Numbered from the stretch's first letter, positions 17,171 to 28,362 are shown. The stretch is DNA of 64,000 nucleotides from a virus (IMGVR_UViG_3300029922_000017:32001-96000); one strand, 5' to 3'. Made by a program: numbers and translations. The notes: generated by a model from the letters alone, not told the origin.

Positions 17171-18271
17171 TTATTTATTTTCGACAAATTCATATAAAGC
17201 TTTTGCTGCCTGTAAAACCTCACTAACAAATTCTTCGGTCTTAACCTGCCCGCATTTCGTAAGTTTAACGATTTCTGTGGCCGTATCTACTAGAGAAAGA
17301 CGAATCTCATATGCATTTTTGTTCTTGATAATAACAGGTTCATTGGAATTTGACAATTTCACGTTATGAGGTGAAGATTTCTCCGATTTAAATTCTTCTT
17401 TATTAGTTATTCCGGCCAAATATTTAAATCTATCCTTAGCCCCATTCAATTCAAGTGTTCCATCCTTAACTTTAACATCGATAGGCTCGGCTTCAACTAA
17501 TAATTCTCCGTTAATCGATACAGGAACTCCAATAGTATTAATAGGTTCCGGATGAATTACCGCATTAAATAATCTAATTTTTACAGGTTCGTCCAAGTCT
17601 TTACCCGATTCCGCTGTATATTCCGATTTTAATTCTGAATATAAAGTATCAACCTCAACTGAACTCAATCCATACTTATTGCATTCTTTCTTTGTTATAG
17701 GAGCACTTGATTTTTTAGTCAAAAACCACAATTCAAAATCTTTAGTAGAATCCATTTTAACAATGGAATGTTCTCGGATAATGTTAGGATTATTTAATTT
17801 ATCTAATTGTTTATTAATAATTTCTATATCTGCCGTTGGTAATTTAGATAAAAATACAGGTTGTTCCGTAGCAAATGCCACATTTAAAAGGGTGGCACCC
17901 TCAACCGATACGTAAGCAGGATAAGTCTTCATATTTTCATGGAAATTTTTATAAATGTCAATACTGGCCGTAACAGTATTATTTTTTCTATCATCTAATG
18001 ATTCAATGAAATTTGACATATCTTCTTCTGCCGAATACTTATTAATGGAAGAACTTAATGTGGTTAATTTTTTATTAAAATCATCATTGAATTTATCATA
18101 GTTAAAATTACAGTATTCTTGAGAGTTATCATTTTTAGCTACTACTTCTAATACTTTCATAGCTTCATCGTAAGGATTTATATATGACATTGTAATTTCA
18201 GATTTTGGAAATTTGTCAATAGAAGAAGTTGTTGACAACGCAACGGTATGTTTTTTAGAACCTTTTTTCAT
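17171..18271 (-). CDS. Hypothetical protein (366 aa)
   Basis: Long ORF; C-terminal NAYEIRLSLV...EVLQAAKALYEFVE helix pair. Confidence 0.8.
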   Translation of the reverse strand: MKKGSKKHTVALSTTSSIDKFPKSEITMSYINPYDEAMKVLEVVAKNDNSQEYCNFNYDKFNDDFNKKLTTLSSSINKYSAEEDMSNFIESLDDRKNNTVTASIDIYKNFHENMKTYPAYVSVEGATLLNVAFATEQPVFLSKLPTADIEIINKQLDKLNNPNIIREHSIVKMDSTKDFELWFLTKKSSAPITKKECNKYGLSSVEVDTLYSELKSEYTAESGKDLDEPVKIRLFNAVIHPEPINTIGVPVSINGELLVEAEPIDVKVKDGTLELNGAKDRFKYLAGITNKEEFKSEKSSPHNVKLSNSNEPVIIKNKNAYEIRLSLVDTATEIVKLTKCGQVKTEEFVSEVLQAAKALYEFVENK

Positions 18272-18433
18272 ATTTAATGTGTGTATGTGTAAGTTGAACG
18301 GTATTGTTCAATCTTAACTATACATATCACTAAAAATAGAAAACCCCTAAATTATTTATCGTTGGCATTGCCAAACTCATGTCGGAGTTAGCATCGTGGT
18401 TGAATTGTAATATTTTAAATATATTATCACACT

Positions 18434-19745
18434 CATGAACTACCCATCCCCTAAAGGAGATGGGTTTCCTCTTTCATCCAACTCTTTTTGAGTTGTCCAG
18501 AGGCTACTTCGGGTTGTCCCAACCCTAGTTTTTTGATATTGTTTGCTGCTAAAATGTCTCTGTCATGTGTTACTTTACACATCGGACAAGTCCATTCTCT
18601 ATCTTTCAAAGTTAGAGAATGATTTATGTATCCACAAGAACATAATTTGGATGATGGTTCAAATCGTCCAATTTGGATGAAGTTCTTTCCATACCAATCA
18701 CATTTGTATTTCAAAATGTTGGTAAACGAATTCCATCCTACATCAGCAATTTGTTGATGTCTCATTTTTTCAAGGAAACGATATTCGTCTCTTTCATCAA
18801 CATCTTTATTTTCCATCATATCCTTTGTAGATAGAGTTTCCATACAAATTGTCTTCACTTGGTTATCGTGTGTCAACTTATGACTTAACTTGTGGTGGAA
18901 ATCTTTTCTACAATTGGTTATTTTTTCGTGTGTTTTAGCAACCTTTATTCTTTGTTTGTTTCTATTATTACTTCCTTTTGTTTTCTTTGATAATTGTCGT
19001 TGTTGTTTCTTGAGTTTTTTGAGAAATCGTTTTAATGGTTTAGGATTTTCAATCTTTTCTCCGTTGGAGAATGTAGCAAAGTGTTTCAATCCCAAATCAA
19101 TTCCAATGGTTGTTTTTTCATTTACTTTTGGATTGGATGGAAGTTCTTTCCCATCTTCAACCAAAATAGAAATGAAGTATTTGCCTGTGGTAGTTCGTGA
19201 GACATAAGACGAAGATATGTCTCCCTCAAATTGTCTGTCAAAGACACACGTAATTCCTCCAAGGAACTTTGGAATGATTACTTTTCCTTTTTCAAAATCC
19301 ACTTTAGTATTTTGTGGAATACGAAACTTTTGGTCATTCCTCTTACATTTGAATTTTGGATATGCTACTTTCTTTTTGAAAAATGAAGTGTATGCTTTAT
19401 CCAAATCCTCAAGTTTGGACTGGATAGAAAGAGAACCGACTTCGGCAAGCCAAGGTTGTTCACCCTTCTTCATTTTTGGAAGTTCTGCTTGAAGTTCGTA
19501 TCTTGAGAGATTTGTTTTATCTTTTTGGTAGGCTTCCATTTTCTTACCTAATGCCCAATTCCACACAAATCTTACACATCCAAAATGCTTCTCCAAAAGA
19601 ACTTTTTGTTCCTTGTTTGGATATATCCTATATTTGAATGCTCGTATCACAACAATACATATCATTGACTTTTAGAAAACATCAACTTATTTTCTAAATT
19701 GTGTCAATTCATCCCACCCGCTAAAGCAAGTGGGATTTCTTGCCA
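18434..19745 (-). mobile_element. IS200/IS605-family (IS1341-type, tnpB-only) element
   Basis: Subterminal hairpins with CTTTAG loops at ~19710-19736 (left) and ~18442-18465 (right, ending GGTAGTTCA); no tnpA. Confidence 0.85.
18451..19665 (-). CDS. tnpB: RNA-guided endonuclease TnpB
   Basis: HTH_OrfB N-terminus (AFKYRIYP...HFGCVRFVWN), RuvC D (IGIDLG), E (CMETL), D (DRDILAA), Zn finger. Confidence 0.95.
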   Translation of the reverse strand: MICIVVIRAFKYRIYPNKEQKVLLEKHFGCVRFVWNWALGKKMEAYQKDKTNLSRYELQAELPKMKKGEQPWLAEVGSLSIQSKLEDLDKAYTSFFKKKVAYPKFKCKRNDQKFRIPQNTKVDFEKGKVIIPKFLGGITCVFDRQFEGDISSSYVSRTTTGKYFISILVEDGKELPSNPKVNEKTTIGIDLGLKHFATFSNGEKIENPKPLKRFLKKLKKQQRQLSKKTKGSNNRNKQRIKVAKTHEKITNCRKDFHHKLSHKLTHDNQVKTICMETLSTKDMMENKDVDERDEYRFLEKMRHQQIADVGWNSFTNILKYKCDWYGKNFIQIGRFEPSSKLCSCGYINHSLTLKDREWTCPMCKVTHDRDILAANNIKKLGLGQPEVASGQLKKSWMKEETHLL

Positions 19746-19809
19746 CGAAGTCGTTAAAATTTGCCAATTAAAAAAATAATTAAAGATTTTTTATGTTTTT
19801 CGTAAAGTC

Positions 19810-20089
19810 GTGAATATGTTGCAGTATAAGAGTGATTGGAACGGAAAGAATTTTCTAAAAATAGGAAGATTCGAACCATCCAGTAAAATGTGTAGTAAGT
19901 GTGGATATACTAATCATAATCTATTATTGAGTGATAGAGAATGGGAATGTCCAATTTGCAATACTAATCACGATAGAGATGTGAATGCAGCTAATAATAT
20001 ATTAGACTTTTCATTTCCTAAAACGGAGTTTTTAAAGGGTAGGAATTACCCTATTGAAACTCAACTGCTTTAGTAGTTGGGTAGTTCAC
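19810..20089 (+). pseudogene. tnpB: TnpB C-terminal fragment with its own IS right end
   Basis: MLQYKSDWNGK...FEPSSKMCSKCG...DRDVNAANNI; right-end hairpin with CTTTAG loop ending GGTAGTTCAC. Confidence 0.85.
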
Positions 20090-22746
20090 GACGCCATCTG
20101 CAAATCATCATTCCCATATGCTCCCATGTAAGTTGCGTCATAATCATTTATAATATAATTTAATAATGAGGTTAGTGTTGGTAGATGTTTGACACTTCCC
20201 GATTTAAAATCTATACGAACACTGAAATTGGGATTTATGAGAATGGAGTCGGAATTAATTTTATTATGGTATTTATTATTGGAAGTATTCCATATAAATC
20301 CCTTCTCGGTCAAATATTGTTCATTGGTAGGACTTAATTTTTTACCGCCTACTTTTCCAGTTGATTGTTTATTGGTTGGAACTGGTGTTTTCCCAATAAA
20401 TCCATTGTCATCATAATTATCGGCTATATATTGGGTCATATCATTAATTGGCTTACTCAATTTAATTCCGGCAAATTGTGCCGATACCAATACTGATTTA
20501 TCATTATTAAAGAATGTAACGGTATCATTATTCTTTCTATGTTTATAATAAGTTATACCGCCATTATTTAATACTTCAAATCCACGGGACACCATTCCCA
20601 TTTCATCTCCATCCGTTAAACGTATGGATTTTGGAGGTGTATTCAATCCAACGTGTAGAGTATAATCTGAACTTGAGGTTGAATTTGGAGGAATGACCGA
20701 TGGTTTTTTAGTATACATCTGGGCAGTTGTAGAAGTTGTGCCTCCATATATATTGGACGCATATGTATTTCCGCCATAATATGGGTCCCAATTACCATTA
20801 ACATCATAATGTCCTTTGGTGTGTTGGTCGGGACTCGCCTTCTGTGTAAGAATGGGCGTTGACGGAGGGGGCGGATTTAAACTATAGTCTGCATTATGTA
20901 TTTGTGTCGGTGTTAATGTATGAAATTTTAATTCGGTATTTTTCTCGGAACATCTCTTGAATAAGTCGTCAAAGTTATTAAATGTCTCTATATACGCCAT
21001 ATCATATCTAATTCCAATTGCATATGTCCCATCAGTAAATGCCGCCGCAGTTAGCATTTTCGGTTCGGCATTACCATCCGTATCTACGACATTAAAATTG
21101 GCAAATTCCAGTCGTTCGAAATCCGATGGGCGAATATTAATGGTTAAAAATTTAAGTTTTTGTTCTTTTGTAAAGTCAGTGACGGCTCGACGAGCGGCAT
21201 ACATCGTATATCGAGGCAATTTTGTAATATTGTCACCATGTTCTTTTTTAAATTTTTCAATTGCTTCATTAAAATCATGGAACACCTGTGCATCGGAGTC
21301 ATCGTCTGTGTTTATAGTTATGATGTTATTTTCGTGAATTTTTAAGTTATATTTTAGTATTTTAATTTGGTTGTCTTTATTTTTATATTTCACGCTGGCA
21401 CTATAATTCGTCCCATCCATGGTATTAAAATCTAAAGAGTCTAATATTTTTTTCTGCTCCGGAGTGGCGTGTATAGCAGGTGAATTTATATATTCTTCCA
21501 TCTTTCGCTCATCTTCCGGATTACCCGGTAAATATACCAAACACCTATTGATTAATTGTTTTATAACGGGCGAAACATCTTCCAAATATCTGGCAACGTG
21601 AGTTACTCTGGCACGTCTATCCAAATCCCGTTGAGGAATAAATAACCCTCCCTTATTTAACATAGGACCGGAATTATGTGCTAAATCATAAATGTGGTCA
21701 ATAGCAGCCGATATTTTTTCGTAATTATGAGATTGTAATTCGGGCATTAACTTAATAAAGGCAGTCGCTCCAGTTCCCCATGCTGGTCCACCATACGAAC
21801 TTTCGCTCCATGCAATTTTGGAATAGGCATTTTCAATGTCTTTCCAAGTTAGTTTGGAGTTATTAATTGCATGATTTATTTTAGCCACCACTTTTGAACT
21901 TATCTGTCCACCAACCGAATAATCATCCTCGGTTAATAGACATATTTCGTTTATGAAATTCTCATTTGTGCTTTCCGAGTCCCAGAAGGGGTCATATTTT
22001 TTCCAGTAATCATCTTCGGTGTCATCGGTTGGTTCTGCATCGGAAAGTTCTGGGTCTTCTTCCGGTTTATATTCATTATCTGGTTTAGGTTCGATTTTGT
22101 CTAGGTCATCGGTAGCATCTGGTTCTTTTTCGGGTTCTTCCGGCTCCGGAACATCTCCAGTGCCAACATAATTATTATCATACAATGCGGAGAACTTCAG
22201 GAGTCGTTTGACCGACTCTTCTTGTCCTGTCATACTCGGCAAATATGTTTTTACAAGTTTATTAAACCTTTCTTTTGAAATTGTCGTTTTGTTTGGTTGT
22301 TTTTCCAGATAAATTGTATTTCTAAATGATAGCCATTGATGTGATTTATTAAAAATATGCCTTAACTCTTGGACTAATGCCATTCTCAAATATCCTGACA
22401 ACTTGGTTCCCAATATTTTTGTAACTTGTTCGAATACGTCATCAATAATAACTCTTAATTTATGAGGAGCAATTTTACCACCCATCATAGGATATTCAAC
22501 ATCATCCCAATTTGTCCCCGCCGCAAATCCAGCACCAAAATTCGGGTCGGTCTTTGCTGCATGGACTTTTGCACCGGTTGACATGGGGAGTGGCGTTCCA
22601 AGAATACGATGTAAGTATTCCATGGCATAAAAATCGTAAAATATACGTTTGGAAGCAGTAGTATCACCCGTTTTCAGGAGATTTATTTTCGGAGGTGTAT
22701 ATCGCAATCTCTCAACCAAGAGAGAGGCTAACAAAATTCGACTCAT
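20086..22746 (-). CDS. Large multidomain protein, probably virion/head-associated
   Basis: 886 aa; MSRILLASLLVE start after TATTTATA; acidic linker; YGGPAW...IDHIYDLAHNSG..LNK segment; C-terminal repeats. Confidence 0.7.
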   Translation of the reverse strand: MSRILLASLLVERLRYTPPKINLLKTGDTTASKRIFYDFYAMEYLHRILGTPLPMSTGAKVHAAKTDPNFGAGFAAGTNWDDVEYPMMGGKIAPHKLRVIIDDVFEQVTKILGTKLSGYLRMALVQELRHIFNKSHQWLSFRNTIYLEKQPNKTTISKERFNKLVKTYLPSMTGQEESVKRLLKFSALYDNNYVGTGDVPEPEEPEKEPDATDDLDKIEPKPDNEYKPEEDPELSDAEPTDDTEDDYWKKYDPFWDSESTNENFINEICLLTEDDYSVGGQISSKVVAKINHAINNSKLTWKDIENAYSKIAWSESSYGGPAWGTGATAFIKLMPELQSHNYEKISAAIDHIYDLAHNSGPMLNKGGLFIPQRDLDRRARVTHVARYLEDVSPVIKQLINRCLVYLPGNPEDERKMEEYINSPAIHATPEQKKILDSLDFNTMDGTNYSASVKYKNKDNQIKILKYNLKIHENNIITINTDDDSDAQVFHDFNEAIEKFKKEHGDNITKLPRYTMYAARRAVTDFTKEQKLKFLTINIRPSDFERLEFANFNVVDTDGNAEPKMLTAAAFTDGTYAIGIRYDMAYIETFNNFDDLFKRCSEKNTELKFHTLTPTQIHNADYSLNPPPPSTPILTQKASPDQHTKGHYDVNGNWDPYYGGNTYASNIYGGTTSTTAQMYTKKPSVIPPNSTSSSDYTLHVGLNTPPKSIRLTDGDEMGMVSRGFEVLNNGGITYYKHRKNNDTVTFFNNDKSVLVSAQFAGIKLSKPINDMTQYIADNYDDNGFIGKTPVPTNKQSTGKVGGKKLSPTNEQYLTEKGFIWNTSNNKYHNKINSDSILINPNFSVRIDFKSGSVKHLPTLTSLLNYIINDYDATYMGAYGNDDLQMAS

Positions 22747-22787
22747 GATTATAAATATGAGATTAAAAGCAAAAACCCATCATAAAA

Positions 22788-23192
22788 TGGTGGAAATGCT
22801 CGGAATTGAACCGAGGTCTTGAATACTAATTCATAACGATACTACATGGTTATTTCATTTTAATTTAATCTTGATTTTTTTAATGAACAATACATTTCAA
22901 GCATTGATAATTTATTGAGTTATCAACGATCATATAATTTTAACTATATGCGGTTTACTCACTATTAGAGCAATAAGAATTTTAATGAGTATCCAGTCTT
23001 ATTTCGGCAACTAGACCAATTCTAATTCGGGCGTATTGATTTCTTCATTCAGAAAGAATGAAAAATCCAACGCTGCAATCTGCGCTAGGCGGTTTGCATT
23101 TGGTTTTTAATTATATTTTTAACGAGGCCATATAATAAACCCTCCCCATGCATCGTTATGTCAAAGAATTCGGTCGATACCATTACATTCCC
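22788..23192 (-). ncRNA. ssrA: tmRNA
   Basis: GGGAATG/CATTTCC-ACCA acceptor with G3-U70; GGTATCGAC 5' motif; T-arm CTCGG-TTCAATT-CCGAG; helix CATAACGAT/ATCGTTATG; tag ORF 23097-23011. Confidence 0.93.
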
Positions 23193-23579
23193 ATTAACAT
23201 TAATAACTATAACAAAATTTGGCTAAACTGTCAATTAAATTTAATCCCAAAACAGAATATTGGGGATAATAAGTCATATAATAGTTTAAAATAAGTTCGT
23301 AGTTCATAGTTCAACTTTCCATTTATCAATTGCCTTTACCACCTTTTTTAATTCTCTCATCTTTCGTTTTGCCGGTATATATCGAAGGTCAGCCTCAACA
23401 GTGTCCATGTAATCTTCGGTGATTTCCTTGAGTTTTATCAAGAGTTCTTTTTTATCTTTTTCAAATGGCATCATAACGTGTGTGTAGTATAACCGACTTA
23501 AATATAAATAGCAACCTCTTTTATCAAATTTAAATAATTCTTGACTTCTCCCGATAAATCTATATACTTTCACAAAATT

Positions 23580-23810
23580 ATGAATAATACACCAGACCAA
23601 ACACTCAACCCATACAAGTCCAAATTTAAACTCATCTGTGCATCTAAATGTAAAAAGTATGCGTTGGAGTCGGCGAAAGTTAATCGACCCACCAACAACT
23701 TTACCAGAGTATCCCATGAATTTTTGGTTTCGTGTGAGAATGCCTTGCGGCAAATCATCGACTCCAAGGTGAAGTCACACCCATCCAAGGGAAAAACTTT
23801 AATGCAATGA
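23580..23810 (+). CDS. Bacterial-type histone-fold protein lacking helix 3
   Basis: LICASKCKKYALE...TRVSHEFLVSCENALRQIIDSKVKSHPSKGKTL (a1-L1 RVS-a2-L2 KT); own TTGACT-N17-TATACT promoter at 23541. Confidence 0.7.
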   Translation: MNNTPDQTLNPYKSKFKLICASKCKKYALESAKVNRPTNNFTRVSHEFLVSCENALRQIIDSKVKSHPSKGKTLMQ

Positions 23811-24331
23811 AAATACTGGTATTGTTATCGGTGGGTTTTTTAACTGCGTGTTCCTCGGTTAAATATGATAATTCAATTTTTCATTATAGCGTTCCCCAAG
23901 AACACCAGCCAAATTGTGTAGTTGGGGCGTTTTGCATGTATGCAAATGAGATGTTAAATGTCAAAACCTCTCCGTTATATTGGCAAACCAACAAACTGAC
24001 AAAATTGGAAGGGACTGGAGTTGAATTGGAAAATATTATACCGGCATGGAACCGAGTGTTTATAAATTCGCCGTTAACTTGCATATATGACTCGAAAAAT
24101 TCCGATTTAAATATACATATAACCTTTAAACGGCCTTATATGTGGATTGGAAAATATAGCGGTGGCTATCATGCTTGTTTGATATATTTTCAATCCAACT
24201 CAGTAACCTATAAACATTTTATATATTATCCATTGGAACATACTAATTATATGGTGACAGTAGATTATATATCTTTCTTTACCAATACGCTCCAAATTTA
24301 TGATATCATCGGAACAACTAACAAAAATTAA
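23807..24331 (+). CDS. Lipoprotein with C39/papain-like peptidase signature
   Basis: Lipobox LTAC; QEHQPNCVV (Q..C) and GYHACLI (H). Confidence 0.55.
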   Translation: MKILVLLSVGFLTACSSVKYDNSIFHYSVPQEHQPNCVVGAFCMYANEMLNVKTSPLYWQTNKLTKLEGTGVELENIIPAWNRVFINSPLTCIYDSKNSDLNIHITFKRPYMWIGKYSGGYHACLIYFQSNSVTYKHFIYYPLEHTNYMVTVDYISFFTNTLQIYDIIGTTNKN

Positions 24332-24975
24332 CTCTAAATTTCCATGGTCAAACTGTATATCGGTGTTTCAATTGGGGGATGACTCTGTCAAATGGAACTT
24401 GATAGTTAAAATTCAGAATTCGATGGGGCATTTTGAATGTCTATTATATCTTAATAAATTATCAGGTGTATTGGGCGGAAAATCTCATGCCTTGGCGACC
24501 ATCGAAGACCGGATGTTGGCCTTATACGAATTTAGCACCGCATGAACATGTTATGGATAATTTGCGGCGGCATATTTATTTATTTAATTATTTATAATAA
24601 ATAATCATATTTATAAATATGATTATTTGTTTAACCCTATCAATTTTAATATCCGTGATATTGGTCAGGCAGTATTATACGAATAAAATAAGAAAACTTA
24701 AAATTTGCAAATTTAATAATGCTTGCACAAAATACAATAAGAAAGATACTTCCGAAGCCTTAAAAACGAGTAATTCAGTTAATTATATCTGACCAAGATA
24801 CCTCTCCTCAATACGATTTAGAACTTCAATCCGCCGTTTTTTCGGCCTCCGGCAAACGCCGATAACTTTTCAATATAATAAGTCGGCTCACCCAATCGAT
24901 AGTAAAATAATAGATATTACTCCCAAGCGGCATAAAATACCATGGCTATGATTATCCATAAAAATATCGGCATAA

Positions 24976-25880
24976 TCAAAGAGTCTTAATTTCGGAACCA
25001 GTAATAGGAAAATGACCATCCAATGGAATATTCCCTGCGGCATCATGAATTGAAGTATTGAAGTTACTGATAATTTCTATATTTCCACCACCAACATCCA
25101 GAGACCAATCAGATTTTGCATAAGAACCAATACGTTTCGTAGTATTGATATCGGCGGCATTACAATACGACATAGTAATATTGTTATTGGGGAATATAGA
25201 GTCATCAACTACCACACTTGAAGTATTTATCTTACATAACTCATCGGTTGGACTATTGACATAACTAAAAGCCGTCAATTGAAAATCATTGGAAGCAGAC
25301 GCTTGAAGGGATGCCGAGGCCAATATGAGCAAATCATCCACCTTTTTCTTATAATACCTCAATAAGTCATTTTTATTCTTATAATCCTTGTTGGTAGAAT
25401 AGTATTTCGCAACGTTGTTCCGTTGTGCCGCCTTCCGTTCTGCTTCGGTATGATATTTTTTTGCTCTTCCCATAGGTTAATCTCGTGATTTTAAGTTCCA
25501 ATAGTCAATTAGACCAATTATAATTATAACCGATAACAGTATTTGTATTATATCATGAGTAGTCATGCGATATAGTTATCCCATACCAACAACCACAATC
25601 GATAAATTTTTTTTCGTAATTTTTTCAATGACGACCTTATTACATGAAAAAGCATACCATTAAAACCCATATTTTACAAGTTATTTTATAATTTAGATAA
25701 TGTAAATGGTTGATTGAGAGAGCCACTATCAGTAGAAGATATCCCATTAACCTGTTCATGATACCGCTCTTTATTTTTATTATTAATATCATCCCGATTC
25801 TTCCAGTAATACTTCATTTGTCTTTGTTTTCTGGCTTCGTCTTGTTGTTCTTTAGTTGTATATTTTTTAGTTCTTCCCAT
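24976..25880 (-). CDS. Two proteins sharing an MGRxKKYxT...A N-terminal motif (24976-25473, 25686-25880)
   Basis: MGRAKKYHTEAERKAAQR vs MGRTKKYTTKEQQDEARKQR. Confidence 0.65.
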
Positions 25881-25888
25881 AGTTTTAT

Positions 25889-26509
25889 TTAGGTTATATG
25901 TTGTTTTAAAATTGCAGGTATGTTATTTAAATCTTTATATGAAATTCGCAATAGTTTAATGTTATTTTTTATGGCATATTCATCTTTAAGCTTGTCGTGT
26001 AATTTTAATCTAGCCAATTTATCATCAGATATTATATGGCCTTTAATGTTATTACATCCAAAATGCTGTTGTCCATCAAATTCTATTAGTAAGTTATGAT
26101 ATGGAATATAGAAATCATATTTTAGTGGTCTATTCATATCACTTCTAAGAGTGTCAAATGTCTGTTGTGATTTATGTGCTATTTTATTAATACTTAAATA
26201 TGTAGAAATAGCCAATTCGCCTTTAGATAATTGACAGATAGGACATCCCTGAGAATTGAATATATGATTTTCTGGAGTTTTCCAAAAATAACTATCATGT
26301 TTAATACATTTAATCTGGATACTCTTCTTGCTTCCTATATACGTCGAATCCGAGTAATCATATAAATCACCATGTATTTTTCTGGCTCTAATAATGAACT
26401 CGTTGAGAGTTAATTTTTCGCCGCCAAAATTTCCATTATGTAGTTTATAATTTCGTCTTCTATTACATTGTCTACATTCGCACTTGAGAATTGTTTTTAT
26501 ATTGCTCAT
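25889..26509 (-). CDS. Homing endonuclease (DUF723-like Zn module + Vsr-like PD-(D/E)XK)
   Basis: FIIRARKIHGDLYDYS...IKCIKH...GCPIC; SKGE...YDFY...IEFDGQQH...D..K..YA...IKLLRI. Confidence 0.88.
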   Translation of the reverse strand: MSNIKTILKCECRQCNRRRNYKLHNGNFGGEKLTLNEFIIRARKIHGDLYDYSDSTYIGSKKSIQIKCIKHDSYFWKTPENHIFNSQGCPICQLSKGELAISTYLSINKIAHKSQQTFDTLRSDMNRPLKYDFYIPYHNLLIEFDGQQHFGCNNIKGHIISDDKLARLKLHDKLKDEYAIKNNIKLLRISYKDLNNIPAILKQHIT

Positions 26510-27688
26510 AATATATAAATATATTGAGGTAGAATAAAAGTAGTATAAATAAATTTTATTTTCCAGATTTTTTAGTATATAACCTAATTAGACCTAAATT
26601 CTAACCTATTAAAATCTTTATTTCGAGTTATTTCATTCTACATATATTCTACTTTTATTTTATCTAAAAGTGATTTGCGAATAGTGAATATATAGGGGCC
26701 GGCTGGTGCCACCCCCACCTTCTTTCGACCAGAAGCAACCCTAATATACCAATACGGGTAGGGTATCCTATTTTAATCCTACTATATAGGGTAAGTGGTT
26801 ACATTATTATACTTACTATAAGGTAAAATAAAAAACGCATCAAATGATTATTCACTTGACACGTTGTTTGAATTGTGCTAGGTGATTAGACTATGCCGAT
26901 TAAGTTAATGTAATTGGGGTTATTAGTTTCGGGAATATACTTGTCTTCTTCCCGACAAAAGCCAGTGGTCAAACCTTGTCGCATTTGATTAATTGTCTCC
27001 GCAATTTCGGCATGGACTTGTGACATTAGGGAAAGCAATTCCCGTTGAATGGACTTGGATTTAACTGGCATATAATCCATTTCGACACCGGCTAATGTAT
27101 TGTCCACCGTTTCAATTAAAAACGTGTCTAATGTGGCGTCTTGCTCGTTTAATGCGGCATTGGCTTCCGCTTCCGCTTTCATGTCGTCTTCCGCTTTCAA
27201 TTGGGTGACAATATCCAATTGCGGATTGGCAACCGGATAATTCTTGCCGAATTGTGATTTGACTTTGTTTTTTGAACCTTTAGGGCGTGACATATGTTTA
27301 TTTTGTTATGTTGTTGACTACTTTGAAAGTGTGCCGGAAAGTATATTAAAAGTCAATTAAATAATTGGATTAAAAAAATCCAAAATATCATAGGCAATGT
27401 AATTGTCCATTTCAATTCCACGCCAGACGTTATTGCCATCGGCCTTTTCCGACAAAAGGCTATTTTGCCGGGCAATTTCCTTATCCAACATTAACCAAGC
27501 TGCCGGTTTCAGGATTTTAGCCCACTGGATTGCTTGGCGAGCCTGAATGATTAAGCCGGAAGTTTTATCAAAATTGGGGACGTTTGTGTTATTCATATGT
27601 TGGTTAAAGAATAGGTTATTTTTATTAAAAAGTCAAATTTATTTTGAATTATTTTGTAGGTTAGTTTCTCCCCTACTTTTTAATTGAC

Positions 27689-28171
27689 TTATGCCGGCGG
27701 TTGGATTAGGAAAAACTTGGAACGGGGACGGCAGCATTCACGATTTTTATCCTCGACATTTGACAAAGTGATTTTGCCGACAAGTCCCGATTTGAACATC
27801 AGCACACTAACCACCGTGTAAATCGTCGCATCGGGGTAACGGTCAAAGCCGAATTGTTCCCGGACAGCTTCAATAATTTCGGAAATAAACATTGATTGTG
27901 CAATGGCCATGTTGCGGAGCGGCGTGGTAGCAACATCAGCCGCAAAAACGGCATTGTTATTTTGGAGAATATCAATGACAAGATTTTCAATGCCGTTGAC
28001 GCCTGTCTTAACATTCACATAGTGATTGCGATAAACGAGCGGCACGTTTTTATCATTGAAAATGTTATTGTTTTCTTGCGCATTGTCAATCAGGCCAGTG
28101 GCAAGAGTAGCAATGAATGATTTTTTGGACTGTTTAGCTTTGGACTTGGCGGTTGTTAATGTTGTATTCAT
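27689..28171 (-). CDS. Winged-helix-like DNA-binding protein
   Basis: C-terminal FISEIIEAVREQF...ATIYTVVSVL..SGLVGKI...RPRSKFFL. Confidence 0.5.
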   Translation of the reverse strand: MNTTLTTAKSKAKQSKKSFIATLATGLIDNAQENNNIFNDKNVPLVYRNHYVNVKTGVNGIENLVIDILQNNNAVFAADVATTPLRNMAIAQSMFISEIIEAVREQFGFDRYPDATIYTVVSVLMFKSGLVGKITLSNVEDKNRECCRPRSKFFLIQPPA

Positions 28172-28362
28172 ATGTTGGCTAAAGAATAAACTATTCTAGT
28201 TACTTTGCAAGGAAATAAATAAAAAAATACAAACTATTTACGATATCGTTAAAACATTGGAAAGTAAGTATAACATTCGTATTACTGGTTGGCTCGGTGA
28301 AAATAGGCAATAAAAAATCTCCTAAACCTTTCGGAATAGGAGACTTGGAAATTTACCGGAGA

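Noticed and set aside
23304-23753. 149-aa minus-strand ORF overlapping the histone gene
   Set aside because: The N-terminal two-thirds is antisense shadow; only the part from ~23475 (MMPFEKD…, after TATTTAT) is plausibly real.
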